64,000 nt of DNA, from contig CASFMJ010000110.1 of NCBI GenBank assembly GCA_949295785.1, forward strand, positions 1,313-65,312. The letters are read 5' to 3'. This stretch comes from an uncultured Bacillota bacterium. GTDB taxonomy: Bacteria; Bacillota; Clostridia; Peptostreptococcales; Anaerovoracaceae. The notes under the pieces were generated by a model, which searched no databases, was not told the DNA's origin, and saw nothing but the letters and a program-made list of their open reading frames with translations. Made by a program: the position numbers and the translations under genes. Positions 54,842 to 62,971 of the stretch are shown here, piece after piece (positions within the stretch are counted from its first letter, which is position 1; the number at the start of each line of letters is the position of its first letter).

Positions 54842-55875
54842 TGGTAAATGACAAAAAGATGCTTAAACTGGCGCTGCTGGGATTTGGAAATGCCGGAAGG
54901 GCATTTGCATCGCTGCTTCTTGATAAACATGAAGAAATAATAAGGATGTATGGATATGATATTGTAGTAAGTGCCATAGCCACCAGAAGCAAAGGAGCCC
55001 TCGTTGATCCTGAGGGGATAAATCTTGGAAAAGCCCTTGAAGATATGGAGAACACAGGAAGATTCACGGCGGGGGCAGCTGATATATCTTCAATGGATAT
55101 AGCAGAGAAAGCCGACTATGACGTACTGGTGGAAATGACGCCTCTTAATATTTTCACAGGGCAGCCGGCCATTTCACATATAGAAGCAGCATTCGACCGG
55201 GGCAAAGATGTGATAACGGCCAATAAAGGTCCTATCGCGTGGAGATTTGCATATTTAAAGGATAAGGCTGCGAAGTGTGGCTGTCGCTTTTACTATGAGA
55301 CCACAGTCATGGATGGCACACCTGTTTTCAATCTGGCTGAGAAAACACTTATGATGGCCCGCGTGACAGAAGTATCGGGAATTTTGAACAGCACCACCAA
55401 CTTCATACTGGAGGAGATGGCTAAAGGCGCCGACTACGATGATATAATTGCAAGGGGAAGAAAAATGGGATTCATAGAAGCCGATGCCTCTATGGACATC
55501 GAAGGATATGACGCGGCAGCCAAAATAACTGCCTTGCTCAATGTTCTTATGGATGCGGATATTACTCCTGACATGGTGGAACGTAAAGGTATTGAGGATA
55601 TAACTGTTGAAGACATAAAAGAAGCAGCCTCAAGAAATTGTGTGATAAAACTTATGTGCAGAGGGTACAGAGACAAGGACGGAACGGTAAAAGCTGCAGT
55701 CCGGCCTGAGCAAGTGCCTGAGGGCAGCCTGCCGGCATGTATAGGCAGTACAACTTCTGTAGTTTCCATAACAACGGATCTGATGAAGACGGTTTCTGTT
55801 ATAGAACATGAACCTGAGATAGAGCAGACAGCCTATGGCATATTTGGAGATATGCTGAGGGTGATAACTGAATAA
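54838..55875 (+). CDS. hom: homoserine dehydrogenase (no ACT domain)
   Basis: 345 aa with an ATGA overlap on the upstream gene. It has the NAD loop LLGFGNAG, the TANKGP block, and NSTTNFILEEM...GFIEADASMDIEGYDAAAK. Confidence 0.8.
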   Translation: MMVNDKKMLKLALLGFGNAGRAFASLLLDKHEEIIRMYGYDIVVSAIATRSKGALVDPEGINLGKALEDMENTGRFTAGAADISSMDIAEKADYDVLVEMTPLNIFTGQPAISHIEAAFDRGKDVITANKGPIAWRFAYLKDKAAKCGCRFYYETTVMDGTPVFNLAEKTLMMARVTEVSGILNSTTNFILEEMAKGADYDDIIARGRKMGFIEADASMDIEGYDAAAKITALLNVLMDADITPDMVERKGIEDITVEDIKEAASRNCVIKLMCRGYRDKDGTVKAAVRPEQVPEGSLPACIGSTTSVVSITTDLMKTVSVIEHEPEIEQTAYGIFGDMLRVITE

Positions 55876-55892
55876 CAGGATACTAAGATCAA

Positions 55893-55916
55893 AAAAGCCT
55901 CTATCAGGAGGCTTTT
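55893..55916. terminator. bidirectional terminator
   Basis: Stem AAAAGCCTC / GAGGCTTTT with a 6-nt loop. It lies between convergent genes. Confidence 0.75.
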
Positions 55917-55996
55917 GAAATTTATATTACACAAATGGATTGTATATTTGCGATATATAATGAAAAACTGCCACTTTAAATGAAATTCTATGGTAA

Positions 55997-57019
55997 TCAA
56001 AGTGCCGCAAGTATGGCATCAACATCAGCATCGGTACTTCCCCAGCTTATAACCAGTCTTATGACAGAACTGTTTTCGTCATAAGGTGCCCATGTATAGA
56101 AAAAGAAATCCTTTTCAAGCTCCTCAATCTTGTCATTGGGAACAATAACAAAGACCTGATTTGTCTGATGAGGGATCCACAGTTTATATCCTTTTTCCTC
56201 AACACCTTTTGCCAGTTTTATTGCCAGCTGATTTTCATGGCGTGAAAGCTGATAATAGAGGGAATCTTCGCCTCCCTCCAAGAGAGCTTTAAGCTGTACG
56301 GCTATCAGACGGCCTTTAGCCAAAAGTGCACAGGCTCTTTTTACCATATAACGAAAATGATCATTGATTTTATCATTGAGGACTACCAGAGCTTCACCGA
56401 AGAGTGCACCGATTTTTGTACCGCCAATGTAGAATGCATCACACATATCAGCGATATCTTCAAGAGAAAGATCATTGCCGGGCCAGGTAAGCGCAGTACC
56501 CAGTCTTGCACCGTCCATGTAAAGGTAAAGATCATTCTTTTTACAGCAGTCAGAAAGTGCTTTCAGTTCTGCCTTGGTATATACTCCGCCGTTTTCCGTA
56601 GGGTGGGTTATGTATACAAGTTTTGGAATCACTGTGTGCTCGTCTTCATGATGAAGCAGAACTTTTTCCACATCAGCAGGACGGAGTTTACCATCCTCTG
56701 TTGGGGCTGCGAAAACACGGTGTCCCATTGCTTCCACTGAACCGGTCTCATGGACATATATATGGCCGGAAGCTGCCGAGATAGCCCCCTCATATGGTCT
56801 GAGAGCCGCGGCAATTGTTATGGTGTTGGTGGGTGTTCCGCCGACCATAAAATGTATATGAGCGTCGGGTTTACCTATCATACTGCGTATCATGTCGGCG
56901 GTCTCAAAGGAAAATTTATCTTCAGCATATCCGTCTGTATGCTCCATGTTAGTTGCCATCAGTGCATCCATTACCTTGGGATGAGCACCGAGACTGTAGT
57001 CGCTTCTGAAATAGATCAT
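55997..57019 (-). CDS. ltaE: low-specificity L-threonine aldolase (beta-eliminating lyase family)
   Basis: 340 aa with RBS GGGAGG. It contains FRSDY, GTPTN and GGTKIGA (PLP Lys). Confidence 0.82.
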   Translation of the reverse strand: MIYFRSDYSLGAHPKVMDALMATNMEHTDGYAEDKFSFETADMIRSMIGKPDAHIHFMVGGTPTNTITIAAALRPYEGAISAASGHIYVHETGSVEAMGHRVFAAPTEDGKLRPADVEKVLLHHEDEHTVIPKLVYITHPTENGGVYTKAELKALSDCCKKNDLYLYMDGARLGTALTWPGNDLSLEDIADMCDAFYIGGTKIGALFGEALVVLNDKINDHFRYMVKRACALLAKGRLIAVQLKALLEGGEDSLYYQLSRHENQLAIKLAKGVEEKGYKLWIPHQTNQVFVIVPNDKIEELEKDFFFYTWAPYDENSSVIRLVISWGSTDADVDAILAAL

Positions 57020-57082
57020 TGAAAAAACCTCCCTTGAGTCATATTGATTTATAAGTCAATTATATTGCAGTACAGGTTCTTT

Positions 57083-57112
57083 TGCAAACAAAAAACGACC
57101 GGGAGGCCGTTT
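57083..57112 (-). terminator. rho-independent terminator of spoIIID
   Basis: On the minus strand, stem AAACGGCC / GGTCGTTT is followed by TTTGTTTG. It starts at the stop codon. Confidence 0.65.
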
Positions 57113-57368
57113 ATTTTTCTTTTGCAGATCTATATTTTTCTCTGGTGGCCATTCCGCCTCTTAAATGACGTTCAGCCTTGTTATTTTCAAGGACCTCTTT
57201 GACTTCCGAAGCAAGAGCGGCATTTATTTCAAGGAGTCTTTCAGTGACATCTTTATGTACGGTGGACTTACTCACTCTGAATTTTTTAGCCGCAGACCTG
57301 ACAGTAGAATTGGTGTCGATGATATAGTGAGCCAATTCCAGGACTCTCTCCTCTATGTAATCCTTCAT
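57111..57368 (-). CDS. spoIIID: sporulation transcriptional regulator SpoIIID
   Basis: 85 aa from the ATG at 57368. It reads MKDYIEERVLELAHYII....TVR.AAK.F.VSKSTVHKDVTERL, matching the highly conserved SpoIIID HTH. Confidence 0.9.
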   Translation of the reverse strand: MKDYIEERVLELAHYIIDTNSTVRSAAKKFRVSKSTVHKDVTERLLEINAALASEVKEVLENNKAERHLRGGMATREKYRSAKEK

Positions 57369-57493
57369 TGCAAGACACACGCTCCTTATTTGTTCGTTAA
57401 GACAATATATGCGGCTTACGATAAATTATGATGTTGAATTTGATACATAATACAGGTATGATATAAAGGCCGGAAACATACAGGAGATAAAGC

Positions 57494-58825
57494 ATGAAAG
57501 ACCAACACATTTACAGCAGACAGATTAATATGCGGAATATGCTGATTTTTACCATACCTACTATGGTAAGGATGATTTTTGTGTCTATGTACAGTGTTGC
57601 GGATGGTATAGTAGTGTCAAATTTCGTGGGAAGCATGGGTCTTTCAGCCATAAATATAGTGTATCCTGTGCTGAACATATGTATGGCGCTTGCTTTCATG
57701 CTGTCATCCGGCAGCAATGCTGTAATAGGAAAAAAACTGGGCGAGGGTAAGCCTCATGAGGCATGCAGTTTTATGAGCCTTACGGTAATCATCAATGTGG
57801 CGGCTACGATAATCCTCATAGGACTGTTCCTCTTATGGGATGAAGATATATATATGATGCTGGGAGCTGATACAGAGCTTCTTCCATATTGCGTAGAATA
57901 TGGAACGGTAATAGTAATGGGCGGACCGGTATGGGTAATGCAGATACTGTTTCAGAGCTATCTGGTGACTGCAGACAGGCCGGGTATGGGTCTGTGGCTG
58001 TCTGTAGCCGCAGGAACAGCAAATATTGTTTTAGATATTCTTCTGGTAGGAATTTTGGGAATGGGTATGGCAGGAGCAGCAGCGGCTTCAGTAGCAGGCA
58101 TGTTCATAGGCGGGCTGATTCCTTTCACAGTTTTCTGCAATAAAAAAAGTCTCCTTCATTTTGAGAAACCAAAGTGGGAGGCCATGGAATTTCTTCATGC
58201 TATGGGAAACGGATCATCGGAGATGGTATCAAATCTTGCATGCGCCGTGACTACCACTCTTTTTAATTTACAGATGATGGCATTGGCAGGAGAAAAGGGA
58301 GTAGCAGCCATAAGCGCTATATTGTATCTTCAGTTTATTTTTACTGCTGTATTTTTTGGATTTACATCAGGGATTTCTCCTGTTATAAGCTACAATTTTG
58401 GATCAGGTATGAGAGAAAATATAAAAAAACTTTTTACCGTGTCAGTAAAAATCATAGGGGTTCTTTCATTGATCATGTTTGCGCTGGCTCAGTTGTCCGA
58501 TGGTATTTGTGCATGGATTTTTGCATCTCATGATGACATACTGGCTGAACTTATGGTATATGGATTTCGGATAATTGCAATAAGTATACCATTTACAGGA
58601 ATAAATATATTTGCCTCGGGATATTTTACGGCTCTTAATAACGGCAGGATATCTGCTCTTATATCAATGCTCAGAACTTTTTTCCTTGAGACCGGTGCAC
58701 TTATACTGCTGCCATATATGATGGGAATTGATGGAGTGTGGTGGGCTCTTCCTGCCGCAGAAATCATTGCATCTGCTGTTGCCATAGCTATGCTGATTAG
58801 ATACAGAAAAGTATATGGTTACTGA
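57494..58825 (+). CDS. MATE-family efflux transporter
   Basis: 443 aa with 12 predicted TM segments and RBS AGGAG. The N-terminus is typical of MATE proteins (PTMVRMIFVSMYSVADGIVVSNFVG). Confidence 0.88.
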   Translation: MKDQHIYSRQINMRNMLIFTIPTMVRMIFVSMYSVADGIVVSNFVGSMGLSAINIVYPVLNICMALAFMLSSGSNAVIGKKLGEGKPHEACSFMSLTVIINVAATIILIGLFLLWDEDIYMMLGADTELLPYCVEYGTVIVMGGPVWVMQILFQSYLVTADRPGMGLWLSVAAGTANIVLDILLVGILGMGMAGAAAASVAGMFIGGLIPFTVFCNKKSLLHFEKPKWEAMEFLHAMGNGSSEMVSNLACAVTTTLFNLQMMALAGEKGVAAISAILYLQFIFTAVFFGFTSGISPVISYNFGSGMRENIKKLFTVSVKIIGVLSLIMFALAQLSDGICAWIFASHDDILAELMVYGFRIIAISIPFTGINIFASGYFTALNNGRISALISMLRTFFLETGALILLPYMMGIDGVWWALPAAEIIASAVAIAMLIRYRKVYGY

Positions 58826-58829
58826 TACT

Positions 58830-59771
58830 TCAGAAAAGATAGGCTCCAGCCGGAAGCCATAAGGGAACCACAACTGTCAGGATTGTGCCGCTGATAAGAG
58901 CTACCATGCCAAGATGAGGCCCTACTGCTTTAGTAACGGGAACCAGCATGGTGTCCATACATCCGGCGGCGCCTGATGCTATAGGACTGCCTTTACTGAT
59001 ATGTGAAAGGACTGGCAGAAGCAGCACGGTAAAGACATCTCTTGAGACATTTACTATAAACCCATAGGTGCCTGCTTCTATTCCCAGATTTTCTGTGAGA
59101 AAAGCGCCTGTAAGACTGTAATACCCCATGCCTGATGCAGAAAGCGACGACCACGACAGAGGCACTTTAAGAATGAGACCGCTTACAAGACCACCCAGCA
59201 GACATCCTGTGAATATACATAAAGGCATGAATATTATTCTAAGACCCAGTTTCTTTATATAAGAGAAAACTTCCTTGTTTGAACCAATGCTGACGCCTAC
59301 GCCTGTGTAAAGAAAAACAAGCGATATGGTGAGGGTGGTATCAAGGAGCTGATGAGGCAGATCTGATAGAAGTACATAACCGGAAACTATGCCTGCAGCG
59401 ATACAGGAAGGCATTACAATCACAAGAGGCGAAAACCCTGAAGATTGCGGTTGGACTGCTTTCATGCCTTCTTCTTCTGCCAGCATAAGACGTATTTTTT
59501 CAAGGGGCATCACCGTGTGCTCGGCTAAAACGGTAAAGACGACACTGCCCATAATGGAAAAAAGTGAAATAATCATGCAGTTTAAACCTATGTGACCCAG
59601 ATTTGTCATAACCTGACTGCTGGTTCCTATATTCAGCCCTATAACCAGCATCAAAACTACAAGGGCACAATTAGTGAGCATATCGAATATTCTGAGAATC
59701 GGCACAGGGAGACCACGCCAGTTAATGACCGCTCCAAGAGCCAGACATACAAAAGGTACATACATATTCAT
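58830..59771 (-). CDS. LysO (DUF340) family lysine exporter-like membrane protein
   Basis: 313 aa and polytopic. Size and pattern are consistent with full-length YbjE/LysO-type proteins. The call is by recall only. Confidence 0.65.
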   Translation of the reverse strand: MNMYVPFVCLALGAVINWRGLPVPILRIFDMLTNCALVVLMLVIGLNIGTSSQVMTNLGHIGLNCMIISLFSIMGSVVFTVLAEHTVMPLEKIRLMLAEEEGMKAVQPQSSGFSPLVIVMPSCIAAGIVSGYVLLSDLPHQLLDTTLTISLVFLYTGVGVSIGSNKEVFSYIKKLGLRIIFMPLCIFTGCLLGGLVSGLILKVPLSWSSLSASGMGYYSLTGAFLTENLGIEAGTYGFIVNVSRDVFTVLLLPVLSHISKGSPIASGAAGCMDTMLVPVTKAVGPHLGMVALISGTILTVVVPLWLPAGAYLF

Positions 59772-59794
59772 AGTAAATGACTCCTACTGAAGAC

Positions 59795-60283
59795 TCATAA
59801 AATAAGTTCCATATCATACCACAGAGCGCCTCCGTGAGATGAAGCTGAGAGCCCCATCAGACTGAATCCCAGATGTCTGTAAAATCTTATCTTTTCATCT
59901 TTGCAAGCCAGTATCATGCGCCGGCAGTCCAGTCTTGAAGCCTCTTTTATGGCATAATGTATAAGTGCTGAGCCATATCCCTGTCTCTGAAAAGCCGGAG
60001 TCGTGCTTACAGAAAGCAAAGCAAAGGTGTCTCCCTCGGGGAAGGGAGCGTTTTCATACATAAGGTCTGAAATTCCCTGATTATCTGCAACATCTACAGG
60101 CCTTCCGGACAGAAATGCAACAGGACTATTTTTATCTGACATGGCAACGTAAAAATAGTCCGGGAAGCTGGCAAATCTGTAAGAAAAAGTCTCTGCAAGT
60201 GCAGCCTCTGCCGGAGGAAATGTAATCAGCTCGATTTCGTAAAGTGTTTTAAGATCTTGCTTTTTTGCCGGTCTTATAATCAT
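59795..60283 (-). CDS. GNAT-family N-acetyltransferase
   Basis: 162 aa from the ATG at 60283, after AGGAG. The acetyl-CoA motif is FQRQGYGSALI. Confidence 0.8.
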   Translation of the reverse strand: MIIRPAKKQDLKTLYEIELITFPPAEAALAETFSYRFASFPDYFYVAMSDKNSPVAFLSGRPVDVADNQGISDLMYENAPFPEGDTFALLSVSTTPAFQRQGYGSALIHYAIKEASRLDCRRMILACKDEKIRFYRHLGFSLMGLSASSHGGALWYDMELIL

Positions 60284-60418
60284 AGCAATAGCTCCTTTCT
60301 TTAGAAGATTATAATATATATGGACTTGCAAGACAATATCCATAAGAAATATCAGAACTTTATATCCTTTCAAAACAGGTATGTTGTGACACCTATACAG
60401 AAAAACATAAAAAAACAG

Positions 60419-60447
60419 TTGACAAGTAACAAAGCAGATGATAGACT
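60419..60447 (+). promoter_or_regulatory. sigma-A-type promoter candidate for the T-box leader
   Basis: TTGACA, a 17-nt spacer, then TAGACT with an upstream TGn. Confidence 0.4.
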
Positions 60448-60478
60448 GCAGATATAAATTTAATATATAAACCTTTGA

Positions 60479-60763
60479 TGGAGAAGTAAAACTGATTGCT
60501 GCTCTCACAGCGAACCCGGGATGGTGCGAGCCGGGCAGATAACGGATCAGAATAATGGGCTCCTGAGGGCGAGGTGAAAGGCTTAAAGAGAGGCAGATAT
60601 AATAACGTGGACTGCCGCCATAAAGCTGAGTATCTGAGACGAGTTTCCTGCGTAAGTGGAAAGGAGTGTGATGGCACTCTGCGAGAGGTGGGCCTTTTTA
60701 CAAGGTCAAACAAGGTGGTACCGCAGGTCAATACCCTGTCCTTGATATAGGACAGGTTTTTTT
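60479..60763 (+). promoter_or_regulatory. T-box leader (tRNA-sensing riboswitch), specifier most likely UGG (Trp)
   Basis: Stem I has a GA/K-turn (GATGGAG.../...CTCCTGAGG), AGTA in the specifier loop, an AG bulge (ACAGCGAA) and a distal loop (GGTGCGA). The T-box sequence AACAAGGTGGTACCGCAGG is at 60709-60727. The terminator is CCTGTCC / GGACAGG followed by TTTTTTT (60735-60763). Confidence 0.85.
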
Positions 60764-60831
60764 GTTATCGGAACTATTTTTACCAGCAGAGACACTTCAA
60801 TTAAATCATTTAATTGAAAAGGAGAAGAAAA

Positions 60832-62217
60832 ATGAAAGACCAGAACAAAATTCCCTACAAGATCTATCTTGAAGAAAAAGAAATGCCAAAGCAGTACTAC
60901 AATGTGAAAGCGGACATGAAGAAAAAACCGGCTCCGCTGCTGAATCCGGTGAGTTTTAAACCTATGACAGCAGAAGAACTGGGAAAAGTTTTCTGCGATG
61001 AACTGGTTAAACAGGAACTGGATGATACCACAGCATATATCGATATTCCGCAGGAAATAATAGACTTCTACAAAATGTACAGACCTGCACCGCTGGTAAG
61101 AGCATATTGTCTTGAGGAGAAACTGGGTACTCCTGCGAAAATATATTATAAGTTTGAAGGCAATAATACCAGTGGAAGCCATAAGCTCAATTCTGCCATT
61201 GCTCAGGCATATTATGCAAAAAAACAGGGTCTTAAAGGAGTGACCACAGAAACCGGAGCAGGCCAGTGGGGGACAGCTCTTTCCATGGCATGCGCATATT
61301 TAGGCCTTGACTGTAATGTATACATGGTGAAAGTTTCATATGAGCAGAAGCCTTTCAGAAGGGAAGTCATGAGAACATATGGGGCAAAAGTAACACCGTC
61401 TCCTTCCACCACTACTCAGGTGGGAAGAAAAATATTGGAACAGCACCCGGGAACTACAGGCAGTCTGGGCTGCGCTATTTCTGAGGCAGTTGAGGCGGCA
61501 GTTACCAGAGACGGTTACAGATATGTTCTCGGAAGTGTACTTTCACAGGTATTGCTGCATCAGAGCATAATAGGACTCGAAACAAAGACAGCAATGGACA
61601 AATATGGTATAAAACCCGATATTATTATAGGCTGTGCAGGCGGAGGTTCCAATCTTGGCGGACTCATATCACCATTTATGGGAGAAAAGCTGAGAGGGGA
61701 GGCAGACTACAGGTTTATTGCAGTTGAGCCGGCATCATGTCCAAGCCTGACAAGGGGAAAGTATGCTTATGACTATTGTGACACAGGTATGGTATGCCCG
61801 CTGCAGAAGATGTATACGCTGGGAAGCGGATTTATACCATCTGCCAATCATGCGGGAGGACTCAGATATCATGGTATGAGTTCAGTGCTCTCTGAACTTT
61901 ACGATCAGGGTCTGATGGAGGCCCGCAGTGTGGGGCAGACAGAGGTGTTCAAAGCTGCAGAAGAGTTTGCCCGTGTCGAAGGTATACTTCCTGCACCCGA
62001 AAGCAGCCATGCTATAAAGGCAGCAATGGATGAAGCGATAAAATGTAAAGAGACCGGGGAGGAAAAGACTATACTGTTCGGCCTTACAGGAACGGGGTAT
62101 TTTGACCTTAAAGCTTATGAAAATTACAACAACGGCACAATGACCGATTATGTGCCTACAGATATGGAACTTCAGGAAGGCTTTGAAAGTCTTCCTAAGG
62201 TACCTGAGTGTATCTAA
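60832..62217 (+). CDS. TrpB-like PLP-dependent enzyme (tryptophan synthase beta, TrpB2 type)
   Basis: 461 aa from the ATG at 60832, after AAAGGAGA. It has NNTSGSHKLNSA (PLP Lys), GCAGGGSN and the long N-terminal extension typical of TrpB2. Confidence 0.82.
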   Translation: MKDQNKIPYKIYLEEKEMPKQYYNVKADMKKKPAPLLNPVSFKPMTAEELGKVFCDELVKQELDDTTAYIDIPQEIIDFYKMYRPAPLVRAYCLEEKLGTPAKIYYKFEGNNTSGSHKLNSAIAQAYYAKKQGLKGVTTETGAGQWGTALSMACAYLGLDCNVYMVKVSYEQKPFRREVMRTYGAKVTPSPSTTTQVGRKILEQHPGTTGSLGCAISEAVEAAVTRDGYRYVLGSVLSQVLLHQSIIGLETKTAMDKYGIKPDIIIGCAGGGSNLGGLISPFMGEKLRGEADYRFIAVEPASCPSLTRGKYAYDYCDTGMVCPLQKMYTLGSGFIPSANHAGGLRYHGMSSVLSELYDQGLMEARSVGQTEVFKAAEEFARVEGILPAPESSHAIKAAMDEAIKCKETGEEKTILFGLTGTGYFDLKAYENYNNGTMTDYVPTDMELQEGFESLPKVPECI

Positions 62218-62263
62218 AGAAAAAACTTTTAAACCAGAATAATCACTGTTATATAACTATATC

Positions 62264-62296
62264 AAAAAAGGCAGAAATTAAATTTCTGCCTTTTTT
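62264..62296. terminator. bidirectional terminator
   Basis: Stem AAAAAAGGCAGAAAT / ATTTCTGCCTTTTTT. Confidence 0.85.
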
Positions 62297-62326
62297 GATA
62301 TACGATGCACTTTAATACGAGATCAA

Positions 62327-62833
62327 TTATCTGTTTATGATGTACTGTACATAGATTTTACATGCAAACGAGAGTGCAAAATTATCTACAAGATAACGCC
62401 GCTCTCGGCCTTCTTCACCGATATCTTCAATGTGTATGGAACCTGAAAAAACTGCAGTTACAGCTTTTTCAACAGCATCACAGAATCTGTTGTAAGTAAC
62501 TGAATTGTTTGGAAGGCTCAGGCCTATATCAATAAGCTTGCGTATTTCTTCTGTAGAGTAAAAACTCTTGAGAATATATACAACCAGAACCATTGCGACA
62601 GAAAGCCGGCTGTATTTTTTATTTACAGGAGGGTCAATGATTTTTGCTTTAACGTAGTTATTGACCATACTTTTTGTTAAAGGCGCCATTCCGGTCTTGT
62701 CGAAAAAATTTCCTACAGTGGAATTTGTAAATGAAATGACCTGATCCATATACAGATCAATAGCCGGAAGTTCCTCCCAGCGTGGAATATGAAAATTGCT
62801 GATGAATGTCAGAGCATTTTTGGTATCGTTCAT
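62327..62833 (-). CDS. DUF1836-like protein
   Basis: 168 aa. It contains IPRWEELPAIDLYMDQVISF and LTKSMVNNYVK, recalled as typical of DUF1836. Confidence 0.6.
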   Translation of the reverse strand: MNDTKNALTFISNFHIPRWEELPAIDLYMDQVISFTNSTVGNFFDKTGMAPLTKSMVNNYVKAKIIDPPVNKKYSRLSVAMVLVVYILKSFYSTEEIRKLIDIGLSLPNNSVTYNRFCDAVEKAVTAVFSGSIHIEDIGEEGRERRYLVDNFALSFACKIYVQYIINR

Positions 62834-62971
62834 AAATTGTGTGTTTCTCCAGATTTTTTATTCAATTTTAGCACACGGTGAAAGATATGTAAAGATTGAC
62901 ATTGTAACCAACACGTGGTAATCTTGTATCTGATACTACATAAAAATGTGATTGTAAGGAGAGTATGGATA

